A program made the position numbers and the translations under genes. DNA of 64,000 nt from an uncultured Eggerthellaceae bacterium (GTDB lineage Bacteria > Actinomycetota > Coriobacteriia > Coriobacteriales > Eggerthellaceae), in assembly GCA_910588205.1 (NCBI GenBank), contig CAJUQK010000012.1, forward strand, positions 467 through 64,466, written 5' to 3'. Below the pieces are notes generated by a model. It had not been told where the DNA came from, ran no database searches, and saw only the letters and a program-made list of their open reading frames with translations. Numbering within the stretch: position 1 is the first letter of the stretch; each line of letters opens with the position of its first letter. Positions 8,631 to 17,204 of this stretch are shown here, piece by piece.

Positions 8631-9560
8631 ATGACTGTAGCCATCGCAACACTCGTTGTCATTGCGGCGGGCATCATCCTCGGCTTCTTCACCGGCGGGA
8701 TCATCGAGTTCGCGCTGGTGCCGATGGTGTCAGGCTTCTTCGATGCGAGCGTGAACTTCCTATCCATCCCCATTGTCTCCACCATCGTCTTGTGGGGACA
8801 GGGCATCTCCATCGCCGCCGTGGTCGCCTTGCGCGTCGGCGTCGGCATCAAGGAGATGATGCTTGGATCCCCTGACCGTGAGTTCTCCCTTGCCGAGTAC
8901 ATCTACAAGTCCGTGACCGCCATCATCTTGGTCGCGCTCATGCCAACCCTCTGCGCCGCCGTCATCAGCCTGGGCGACACCATGCTCGCGGACATCAAGG
9001 GCGGCATCGGAGCGCAAGGCGTCCTCGACAACCTCACCACCAACAACTATGAGAACCTCCTGGGCGTCACGAACCCTGTAGCTGTGATCCAGATGCTCAT
9101 CAGCTCCATCCTGCTGCTCGTGGCCCTCATCATGTGCGTGATCGTGATGTACCAGTTCGCGAAGCGCCAGATCGAGATGGGCATCGTATCGCTCATCGCC
9201 CCGTGGGTATCCATCCTCGCGGGAACCACGAACGATTCCTCCCAGTACTGGGATCTACTCAAGAACCTCTTCGGGATGTGCGTCACCCAATGGGTCCAGT
9301 ACGTTCTCTGCATCATCGGCCTGTCGTGGCTGTCGAACCTTGCAGCATCGGCAGGGGATGTCTACTCGCTCACGCTCGTCCCGCAGACCTTTGTGTCGGT
9401 GTTCTTCGTGATCGCCATCTTCGGTGCGTCCATCGGCGTCTCGCGCCTCATCGACCGCTACACCTTCAGCAGCGCATCCTCTGGCACAGGGGCCATGCTC
9501 GCCGGCATCGCGGCACGCGGCGGCGCGTCCAAGCTCGCTGGCATAGTGGCGAAAAAGTAG
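8631..9560 (+). CDS. Polytopic membrane protein, VirB6/TrbL-like T4SS channel component
   Basis: At least 6 predicted TM segments. Position between T4CP and VirB3/VirB4-like genes. Confidence 0.55.
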   Translation: MTVAIATLVVIAAGIILGFFTGGIIEFALVPMVSGFFDASVNFLSIPIVSTIVLWGQGISIAAVVALRVGVGIKEMMLGSPDREFSLAEYIYKSVTAIILVALMPTLCAAVISLGDTMLADIKGGIGAQGVLDNLTTNNYENLLGVTNPVAVIQMLISSILLLVALIMCVIVMYQFAKRQIEMGIVSLIAPWVSILAGTTNDSSQYWDLLKNLFGMCVTQWVQYVLCIIGLSWLSNLAASAGDVYSLTLVPQTFVSVFFVIAIFGASIGVSRLIDRYTFSSASSGTGAMLAGIAARGGASKLAGIVAKK

Positions 9561-9568
9561 GCACGCTC

Positions 9569-10186
9569 ATGGGCAACTCAACAGCAGCACAGATCGAGCC
9601 GATTACTTTCGCACTCATAGGCATCTTCGCAGCGGCAGCGCTCGTAGCCGTCGCCGTGGCAGCAGCCCGACACTTCCTCAGGAAAGGAGAGGATGCCTCA
9701 GCACCCAGCGGCTTTCTGAGCCGCGCATCGCACGTGGTCGGGTACATCTTCGCCGGTGGGCTCATTGCCGCAGGCGGCGCATCCATCTCCAAGCTCGCCA
9801 AAGGAACGGGCGGCGAGAAGCAGATCCAAGATGCTGCGTCCAAGACGGGCTCGGGCGCGAACCCCTTCGCACCTACGAAATCCACCGGTCTTGAGCCCAT
9901 CCAAGGCGAGAGGTCGGATCTGGGCAAAGCGGCAGACAAGGCTATGAAGCTCATCCAGAAGGAGGCAGCTCGCGCATCAAAGGAGGAGGCACGCGGGAAG
10001 ATGGCCCAAGCGATCAAGGGCGTTGCGGCCACAGCCAACGGGTCAGTCGGCGTGGTTCCCATCCAAGACGACGAGATAGCCCGCAAGCTTCTCTCGGCAA
10101 CCGACTACCTCCGCTACAAGAGCGGCGTGAAGTTCCAGGCAGTCAAGGCTTCTGACGGAAGCCAGCTCATACGCGCCATCAGCTGA
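9569..10186 (+). CDS. Membrane-anchored T4SS-operon protein, function unknown
   Basis: ATG 9569 is in frame within ORF 9134..10186; the upstream part overlaps the VirB6-like gene and is Arg-rich junk. N-terminal TM, then a charged coiled region. Confidence 0.5.
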   Translation: MGNSTAAQIEPITFALIGIFAAAALVAVAVAAARHFLRKGEDASAPSGFLSRASHVVGYIFAGGLIAAGGASISKLAKGTGGEKQIQDAASKTGSGANPFAPTKSTGLEPIQGERSDLGKAADKAMKLIQKEAARASKEEARGKMAQAIKGVAATANGSVGVVPIQDDEIARKLLSATDYLRYKSGVKFQAVKASDGSQLIRAIS

Positions 10187-10199
10187 CGAAAGGAAAGGC

Positions 10200-10709
10200 A
10201 TGGAAGAGAAACGCGCAATCACGCGCAGGGATGCGCTCGCCCTCGGGGCGGTCGCAGCAGCGGGCGCTGCGCTCGCGCTCACAGGTTGCAGCACGGGCTC
10301 GTCAACTGACGATACGGGCTTCGTGGAGTTCGACCTTGAGAGCGAGGTGCTGCCCCTAGGTTCAGTTGTGGTCCTCGATGACGGCCGCGAGCCCGAGATC
10401 GCACGCCTCATCATCGCCCGCAGACCGGTCTACATCCAAGACGAGCATGTCTATGACTACGCTGGCGTGGTCTGGCCCATCGGCATCATCAGCGACATCT
10501 CCGGCGAGCCCTTTCCCAACGAGATCCACCTGTTCGATGCGAAGGCCATCAAAGGCGTTCGCTTCATCGGCTACGAGGGCGCGCTCGAATCAGAGGCGGC
10601 GGCTCGCCTCAAGGATTCTGCTGTCCAAGACGAGAGCTCCCTTGAGTCTCTTCTGCCCTTGGCGATGGAGATGGGCGTTGTGGAGCTTTCTGAGGATGTG
10701 GGGCTGTGA
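10200..10709 (+). CDS. Tat-signal lipoprotein with a DUF4176-like domain
   Basis: Twin-arginine TRRDAL, lipobox LTGC. LPLGSVVVL…YDYAGVVWPIG…FDAKAIKGVRFIGYEG fits the DUF4176 pattern as I recall it. Confidence 0.6.
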   Translation: MEEKRAITRRDALALGAVAAAGAALALTGCSTGSSTDDTGFVEFDLESEVLPLGSVVVLDDGREPEIARLIIARRPVYIQDEHVYDYAGVVWPIGIISDISGEPFPNEIHLFDAKAIKGVRFIGYEGALESEAAARLKDSAVQDESSLESLLPLAMEMGVVELSEDVGL

Positions 10710-11290
10710 GCATGGGCGATCAGTTGACTATGCCGGTCTTCAAGCCGATGCGCAAGCGCCGCATGCTCTTGGGGCTCGGCCTCAAGGAGTGGATGCGGGT
10801 GGCGGGAGCGCTCGTCATCGGGGCTATGCTCGCACTGTCGCTGGGCACGCTCAGGCAAGAGGCCGATGTCGCGCTCAATGCCTCCGAACTGCAAGAGCAA
10901 TACGGCAAGTACAGCCTGTATCAGAGCACCCTCCAGAAAGCCGAGTCCATGATGGATGCGGCCGGGACCGACAGCATCGAGGCCATAGACCTCACCGCAG
11001 ACGAACGCTCGCTCGTCGCGAATGCACGTTACCTGGGGATAGGCGCGCAGATGGACCGCGATGAGCTCATCGAGCTCATCCCCAAGAGCGAGCTGCGCGT
11101 GATCCCGGTGTTCCCTGACATCCCGCGTTGGATGTTCTGCCTTGGCATCCCGCTCGTCATCACCGTGCTGCTGAGCGTCGAGGTCTCGCATAACACGACG
11201 CTTTTGCGCGAGGGCAGCAGGTATCTCGGCTTCATGAGCTCCCAGCGCGTCTTCGACTCAACACCCAAAGCCTATCTGAGAGGACAATGA
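10706..11290 (+). CDS. PrgI/VirB3-like T4SS membrane protein
   Basis: MPVFKPMRKRRMLLGLGLKEWMRVAGALVIG resembles the PrgI-family N-terminus. A second TM lies near the C-terminus. The true start is likely ATG 10712. Confidence 0.5.
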   Translation: MSMGDQLTMPVFKPMRKRRMLLGLGLKEWMRVAGALVIGAMLALSLGTLRQEADVALNASELQEQYGKYSLYQSTLQKAESMMDAAGTDSIEAIDLTADERSLVANARYLGIGAQMDRDELIELIPKSELRVIPVFPDIPRWMFCLGIPLVITVLLSVEVSHNTTLLREGSRYLGFMSSQRVFDSTPKAYLRGQ

Positions 11291-11979
11291 TGTTCACCCT
11301 ACCGCTCAAGCGCTCTATCAGAGATTCGAAGAGGAAGCGCAAGCAAGCCCTGGAGACGCGGCAATCGGTCCAAGACCGCCTGCCGCTCGCAGACATCAGC
11401 GAAGGCGTGCTCTATCTCAAGGATGGGAGCTATCGCATCTTCGTGGATTATCCCGGCAAGAACTATTCCATCTACTCCGCTGAGCAGATGCGCCAGGAGG
11501 CGCACGATGTCGCCTTCCTCATCTCATCCATCACCTGTTCCTTCGCCATCATCAAGTACGTGCGCTCAGTCGAGTCGCAAGAGAGCCTCATCGAGATCGA
11601 GAAGGCTCTCGACGATGCCCGCTCCCGTGCCTTGGGAGCCCACGGCGAGGTGCTGGACAAGGCCGCCTTCAAGCGCTTGGACCTCATCGAGCGCCACATC
11701 CTGCCGCAAGCTCTCACCGAGGCGGCCCGTGCGGAGCACCTGAGCGTCACCAACGTCATCGCGTTCATGTTCGACGCCAAGACCCCCATAGAGGAGGCAG
11801 AGCGTCAGGTTTATGGCTTCTGCCGCATCTCCGAGGACAGGACGAAGGTCCGCGCAGAGCGCCTGGACACGCCCGATGTGGTCGCGCTGCTCTCCGAGTG
11901 GCTGACGCCCACCGACATCCTCAAGGGAGCGTCAACCGATTCAATCGTCTTGCCGAGTCAATGGGATGAGGTGGCGTAA
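11287..11979 (+). CDS. Protein resembling the N-terminal domain of Firmicutes-type VirB4 (PrgJ/TraE) ATPases, encoded as a separate ORF
   Basis: SVQDRLPLADISEGVLYLKDGSYRIFVDYPGKNYSIYSAEQ matches the sv-q-d-x-lP…dG…y…v…iNy-l-s-eeq start of long VirB4 proteins. ATGA overlap upstream and TAATG overlap downstream. Confidence 0.5.
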   Translation: MMFTLPLKRSIRDSKRKRKQALETRQSVQDRLPLADISEGVLYLKDGSYRIFVDYPGKNYSIYSAEQMRQEAHDVAFLISSITCSFAIIKYVRSVESQESLIEIEKALDDARSRALGAHGEVLDKAAFKRLDLIERHILPQALTEAARAEHLSVTNVIAFMFDAKTPIEEAERQVYGFCRISEDRTKVRAERLDTPDVVALLSEWLTPTDILKGASTDSIVLPSQWDEVA

Positions 11980-13835
11980 TGGCGAAGAAGATCCTCGGCA
12001 ACCACAAGGGCCAGGCGAACAAGCCCCTCATCAATGCGATCGCACCTTCACGGCTCGAGTTCGCAAACACCCATGGTCTCACCGATGACACCTTCTTCAA
12101 GATGTTCGCCATGAGCGACTACGCCGCAGAGCAACCTCTTGACTGGGGAAGCGCGTTCATCGGATGCGCAGGGCTGCAGGCCCCGGTCGTCATCACGTGC
12201 GAGCCCGCAAGCAAGGCAGCCATGCAGGAGCTCGTGGACAAGGCCGCATCCGAGGCGGACGCCCAGATCGTGTCCGTGCGCAAATCGCTCTCGGAGACCA
12301 TCGACGACAAGCAGGCCGAAGAGCATGCGGTGCGCATCGCCCATATGATCGCGCGAGACAACGTGAGGATGTTCGAGTCGTCCATATACATCGCGCTTCG
12401 CGCCCGGGAATACGACGAGTTGGCGGATTCGGAGGACTACCTCAGGCGGATGCTCGCTCCCTACGGAAACGGCATCAAGACCCTCATCGCGAACCAGGAC
12501 AAGATGTTCTTCGCCGCGTCCCCCATGCTGACAGATGACCCCGTCACCTTCGAGCAGACAGCACGCCCCATGCCGGCATCGACTTTGGCCTGGATGATGC
12601 CCTTCAAGAGCACGGGGCTGGCTGATGCCCGCGGCATAGGCATAGGGGTGGATGATGACGGCGGTGCCGTGCGCATCGACACGATGACGCACACCGCCAC
12701 CAGGAAGAACTCCAACGGCATCTTCGTAGGCGATTCGGGCTCCGGCAAGTCCGCAGAGCTCAAGCATATCGCACTGCACGAGTGGGCGGTCAAGGGGGCC
12801 AAGATCCTCTGGATAGACCCAGAGGGCGAAGCCGAATCGTTCGTGCGCTCCCTGGGCTGCAAGGTGGTGAAGATCGGCTCTGAGAGCGAATCGGGCATCC
12901 CTGTGTTCGCGCCGCGCAACATCGGATCAGGCGATGACGGCGCTGCCGATGACGCGGATGAGGACACGCAGAGCTCAACGTCCCAAGAGCGCGTGCTCGC
13001 CGCCACCATTCCGTTCGTCTCCTCCTACATCAAGATCGCCTTCTCGCCGGACATAGACGACATGCCGGCATTGGAGGAGGCGCTGGAGAGGACCTACGGC
13101 GCCTATGGCATCACCCCCGAGATGACCTTCGGCGAGTACGAGGCAACAGACCTCAGCTATCCCGTCATGGAGGACCTCTACAACGTCTTGAACGAACTGG
13201 CCAAGGAGAACCCGCAGAACCCCTCGTACGATCGCGTGGCACAACGCATCAGAAAGGCCGCAGTCGGCTATGACGCGCACCGCTACAACTCGCGCAAGGT
13301 GATCGACGCCTCCGATGACATCGTGCTCATTAACACCGAGGGTATCTCCGCTGACGAGGCCATGATGAGAGCCGAGTACTACAACATCCTGTCTTGGTGC
13401 TGGTCGCAGATTCGCTCAGAGCGCTGGACGGGACACTACGTCAGGCTCATCGCCGACGAGCTCCACACCATCGTCAACCGCAAGAGCGTGGATGCTGCGA
13501 TGATGGTGAAGAACATCGTCCAGCGAGCCCGCAAGTACGGAGCTGGGTTCTTCGGCTCCACGCCTCAGATCGTCGATTTCAGGGCGGAGGGCGTGAAGGA
13601 CATCGGCGAGGCCATCATCCTCAACTCCACCTATCGCTTCTATGGCGGCGCACGCGGCGACAACCTGGAATCCGTGGTGAAGACCGAGGGCTTCTCCAAG
13701 GAGGTGGAGCGCGGTCTCATGCGTGCCCAGCGAGCCCGGTTCGTGGTCTGCGCTGGCGCGACGGAGAAGACCTGGGTGAACACCGTCATCCCCGAGTGGG
13801 AGCTGGAGCTCTTCGGAGCGGGCGGCGGCAAGTAG
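11979..13835 (+). CDS. VirB4-family T4SS ATPase
   Basis: Walker A GDSGSGKS, Walker B RLIADELH, and the conserved IAPSRLEF…DYAAEQPLDWG N-region. Confidence 0.9.
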   Translation: MAKKILGNHKGQANKPLINAIAPSRLEFANTHGLTDDTFFKMFAMSDYAAEQPLDWGSAFIGCAGLQAPVVITCEPASKAAMQELVDKAASEADAQIVSVRKSLSETIDDKQAEEHAVRIAHMIARDNVRMFESSIYIALRAREYDELADSEDYLRRMLAPYGNGIKTLIANQDKMFFAASPMLTDDPVTFEQTARPMPASTLAWMMPFKSTGLADARGIGIGVDDDGGAVRIDTMTHTATRKNSNGIFVGDSGSGKSAELKHIALHEWAVKGAKILWIDPEGEAESFVRSLGCKVVKIGSESESGIPVFAPRNIGSGDDGAADDADEDTQSSTSQERVLAATIPFVSSYIKIAFSPDIDDMPALEEALERTYGAYGITPEMTFGEYEATDLSYPVMEDLYNVLNELAKENPQNPSYDRVAQRIRKAAVGYDAHRYNSRKVIDASDDIVLINTEGISADEAMMRAEYYNILSWCWSQIRSERWTGHYVRLIADELHTIVNRKSVDAAMMVKNIVQRARKYGAGFFGSTPQIVDFRAEGVKDIGEAIILNSTYRFYGGARGDNLESVVKTEGFSKEVERGLMRAQRARFVVCAGATEKTWVNTVIPEWELELFGAGGGK

Positions 13836-13841
13836 TGCCCG

Positions 13842-14975
13842 ATGATGCGCCTCATCAAGATAGCCGCCATCTTCGCATTGAGTATCCCCATGCTCATCTC
13901 GGTCGCCGTGCCGGTGATGCTCGGTGTGTCCTCATCTGCTGCAGGGGGAAGCGGTACGGCTATAGTCGAGGTCGCCAAGAGCGAATACGATGATTACGTG
14001 GCTGCTGACATCCACGGCGGCGACAAGTACCGCGCCTGGATCAACGGCGGAGCTGCCGATGGCGCTCCTTGGTGCGCTACGTTCGTCTCATGGTGCGCGA
14101 ACGAGTGCGGGTTCATCGAATCCGGCATCGTTCCCAAGAATGGTGCCGTTCTCGGCTTCCTCGATTACTACCGAAGCCACCCCGACATGGGTGCCGTGTT
14201 CGACGGGGACGCCTACAGCCCGGTCCCAGGTGACTTCATCGTGTGGCAGCGCAGTCTCGATCCCGACAGCATCATCGAGTCGCACATCGGCATCGTGGAG
14301 CGCGTGGGCGACGAAGGGCGTGTCTACACCATAGAGGGCAACTCAGGCAACAGCATCTCCAAGAACTCCTACGCGCACGCTGGCCTGGCCAGCTACTACA
14401 TCCATCCTGCCTACCCGGCCACAGCCGCTGGCGCAAGCCATGTCGATGACCCGACATGCGGCGACATCGCCATCGACTACGGCGGAAGGACCAACTGCTA
14501 CACCTACATGGGTTGGCAGACCATCACCTCCCCGAGCTCCAACCAGTACAAGCTGCGCGAAGCGGCTGGCATGAACTTCGACGATGAGGGCTTCGGCATC
14601 ATCAACGGTCGCTATGTGATCGCATGCACCACCACCTTCGGGGGCGTCGGCGACTACATCGACTTCTACCTGCAGGACGGCACGATTCTCGCATGCGTCA
14701 TCGGCGACATCAAGAGCGAGAGCGATGCTAACTGGACCAGGTTCGGGCACACGACCCCGCCAAACGGTCTCTCGGTCGTCGAGTTCGTGGTGGACAAGAC
14801 CTCCTGGTATGGCTCAGGGCATGCCAACCCCGGCACGCCCAGCTGCCATCCCGAATGGAAGCAGCAGATCGTATCCGCATCAAAGGTCGGCTCTTTCGAC
14901 GGCGCATCCACGACACAGGTCGGCGGCCTTGCCTCCTGCTCAGCAGCCATCATCCGAGCCACCATCGCCCGTTAG
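13842..14975 (+). CDS. Membrane-anchored peptidoglycan hydrolase (CHAP domain plus an unassigned C-terminal domain), VirB1 analog
   Basis: N-terminal TM. CHAP Cys in PWCATFVSW and His in ESHIGIVE…YTIEGNSG. A C-terminal YTYMGWQTITSPSSNQYKL…GRYVIAC…SVVEFVVD module recurs in conjugative and phage hydrolases. Confidence 0.85.
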   Translation: MMRLIKIAAIFALSIPMLISVAVPVMLGVSSSAAGGSGTAIVEVAKSEYDDYVAADIHGGDKYRAWINGGAADGAPWCATFVSWCANECGFIESGIVPKNGAVLGFLDYYRSHPDMGAVFDGDAYSPVPGDFIVWQRSLDPDSIIESHIGIVERVGDEGRVYTIEGNSGNSISKNSYAHAGLASYYIHPAYPATAAGASHVDDPTCGDIAIDYGGRTNCYTYMGWQTITSPSSNQYKLREAAGMNFDDEGFGIINGRYVIACTTTFGGVGDYIDFYLQDGTILACVIGDIKSESDANWTRFGHTTPPNGLSVVEFVVDKTSWYGSGHANPGTPSCHPEWKQQIVSASKVGSFDGASTTQVGGLASCSAAIIRATIAR

Positions 14976-14989
14976 GAAAGGACTTGCGA

Positions 14990-15811
14990 ATGAAGCGAAG
15001 CGAAGGCAAAGGTAGCGCGTCATCCAAGGGTAGAGGCCATCAGGCAGCCATCGCCATCGGCACCTTCGCCCTGGCGGCGGCACTGCTCTCGTACGGGCTC
15101 GTTACCTCGTGCTCCACAGAAGAGGAGCCGCAGATAGAGCCGGAGACCGCCCCACAGCAAAGCGAAGCACAGACGCACCAGAGCCTGTTCTTCGGTACGG
15201 AGAACTGGACCTTCATGTCAGATGACACGATGCAGCGCTTCCAAGAGGAGTTCTATGCATGGCTGCTTGATAGCGAAGGCTTGGAGGATGGTGCGTACGT
15301 GTACCTCCATTCAGAGGAGATCGTGTGCGTTGATGGCGTCTGGAGCGCATACGCCCGCACGCCGCTCGATGATGCCTGCTACAAGGTCACCTTCGACCCT
15401 CAGAGCAAAGAGATCACCTACCAAGAGGTGCTCAGACCCTCGTTCGCTAACAAGCCCGCCGAAGCGCGCGAAGAGATAGCCGCCTCAGTCGCAGAGCAAG
15501 ACGAGCAGGATCAGCCCAACGTGCGCAATGCTTCGAACAACATCCCCGTTGACGATGTGAGCGCCCTGTCCGCTCTCATGCCGAAAGCCGCAGCCGAATC
15601 GCTCTCAAGGATCGTGAGCGAGTACGCAGCAACGAAGGGCATCCAGACCTCTAGCGCCCTCTGCAGCGTCTACCCTGAGAGCGTATCCACGAGCAGTGGC
15701 ACCACAACGCTTGAGGTGCTCATCTACGACGCCCAGAAGAACGGCTACGCCATCAAGGCGGACTATGATTCCGCATCCGACAGGTTCGGGATGTCCATGA
15801 CGCAGCTCTAA
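14990..15811 (+). CDS. Lipoprotein, function unknown (T4SS operon)
   Basis: In-frame ATG 14990, signal peptide with lipobox LVTSC. No domain recognised. Confidence 0.5.
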   Translation: MKRSEGKGSASSKGRGHQAAIAIGTFALAAALLSYGLVTSCSTEEEPQIEPETAPQQSEAQTHQSLFFGTENWTFMSDDTMQRFQEEFYAWLLDSEGLEDGAYVYLHSEEIVCVDGVWSAYARTPLDDACYKVTFDPQSKEITYQEVLRPSFANKPAEAREEIAASVAEQDEQDQPNVRNASNNIPVDDVSALSALMPKAAAESLSRIVSEYAATKGIQTSSALCSVYPESVSTSSGTTTLEVLIYDAQKNGYAIKADYDSASDRFGMSMTQL

Positions 15812-15950
15812 CCAAAAGCACGGCGTCAATACCTGCGAAGCACAAGGAGCAATACGGGACCCGTGGCGCTTCTCGCCGCTCATATACCCCCTAGCTTCGT
15901 GTTAGTGACGCCTTCCGGCGACACAGTCCATCTATGAGAAAGGTAGGTGT

Positions 15951-17204
15951 ATGAGCGCAATGCGTACAGGCCTCATCACGAGCAAGGATCGGGCAGCACT
16001 CTACAAGGAGGTGCTGCCGCGGGGGACGATCATCGAGTGCGACCCGGAGCGCCGGCTCAAGGACACGCTGCGGGAGATGTCCCGCAAGGCGGTCAACGTG
16101 GCGGTCGTGGACGATGCCGGGCTCGCCCATCCCGAGGCAGACGAGCTTGAGATGCTTGACTGGGCAGCCCTGCCGCAGAAGCACCCGCTCCGCATCGTGT
16201 TCGCTGCCTCTGCCGACCGAAGCCCCAAAGACCCCCTCTTCGCGGCGCTTGCAGAGGCAAAGGTGTACGACATCGTGCGCCCGGATCAGCCGGACGAGCT
16301 CTTCCAAGCGGTCAGGCAGCGCATAGAGAATCCTGCATCGGCAGATGATGTGCAGCAGTATCTCAGCCGCAGTCCACGAAGGCGAGGAGGGCGCACAGGG
16401 CAGAAGAAGCCCGGGCGGGAGAACCATCTGAAGAGGATCGCGAGTTCGCATCCTTTACCAAGGCCGCCTAAACCCATAGAACGTGAAAGCGAGGAGAACC
16501 AACCGTGCACAGAACCATCATGGAGCCACATCATGCCTGAGACACCTAAGCAGACAACGACGCATGCAAAGCGCCGCAAGGTGGTCTCGACGGCATCGCT
16601 GTTCGGGCATCCCGGCGCGACGACGCTTGCGATGTCCCTCGCCCTTTGGCTTGCGAGGGACAAGCGAAAGAAGGTCGTCTGCGCGTTGTCCGACAACGCC
16701 TTCTTCAACCACTTGAAAGCCGGATTCAACGCAGAGACTGCAGCTGAATCGTTCGAATACAAGGGCGTGACGTTCTGCACGTTCGCAGGAGCGGAAGCGT
16801 TCGCAGACGATGCAGCATGGGCGATCTACGACTGCGGCCGCCTGTTCACAACCCATGCGGACACCCCGGCATCAAACGCCCACAGGCGCTTCTACACGTC
16901 CAACATGAAGCTCATGTGCCTGGAAGGCCAGCCCTGGGACACGCCCAAGGTCAAGGACGCACTCAAGGACATGGCACCGAGCGAGATCGCCTCATGGACG
17001 TGGTGCATCCGATCCGCATCGAGCGATTTCATCGCCCAGCTCAAGGCGTACCTGACTGAGATGCACGCCAATACAGAAAGCTGGTTCAAGACGCCTGACA
17101 ACCCTGAGTTCTTCGGACGTACCGGGCACGACGGATTCGACAAGGTCAATTACGACGGGCTCTTTGGCAAGAGCCGCCATGACCAGGAAGGAGGTAGCCT
17201 ATGA
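15951..17204 (+). CDS. TadZ/CpaE-like protein: receiver-like N-domain plus ParA/MinD-like domain with a degenerate P-loop
   Basis: The N-domain has alternating beta/alpha pattern (GLITS…TIIECD…NVAVVDD…RIVFAAS…YDIV). The C-domain reads VVSTASLFGHPGATTLAMSLALWLA…KVVCALSD…AIYDCG, where the ParA signature GGxGKTT is replaced by GHPGATT. ATGA overlap with the adhesin gene. Confidence 0.5.
   Translation: MSAMRTGLITSKDRAALYKEVLPRGTIIECDPERRLKDTLREMSRKAVNVAVVDDAGLAHPEADELEMLDWAALPQKHPLRIVFAASADRSPKDPLFAALAEAKVYDIVRPDQPDELFQAVRQRIENPASADDVQQYLSRSPRRRGGRTGQKKPGRENHLKRIASSHPLPRPPKPIERESEENQPCTEPSWSHIMPETPKQTTTHAKRRKVVSTASLFGHPGATTLAMSLALWLARDKRKKVVCALSDNAFFNHLKAGFNAETAAESFEYKGVTFCTFAGAEAFADDAAWAIYDCGRLFTTHADTPASNAHRRFYTSNMKLMCLEGQPWDTPKVKDALKDMAPSEIASWTWCIRSASSDFIAQLKAYLTEMHANTESWFKTPDNPEFFGRTGHDGFDKVNYDGLFGKSRHDQEGGSL

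Noticed and set aside
9134-9568. N-terminal 145 codons of ORF 9134..10186.
   Set aside because: This stretch overlaps the VirB6-like gene in another frame and is Arg/His/Pro-rich. A membrane-anchor sequence begins at in-frame ATG 9569, right after the VirB6-like stop.
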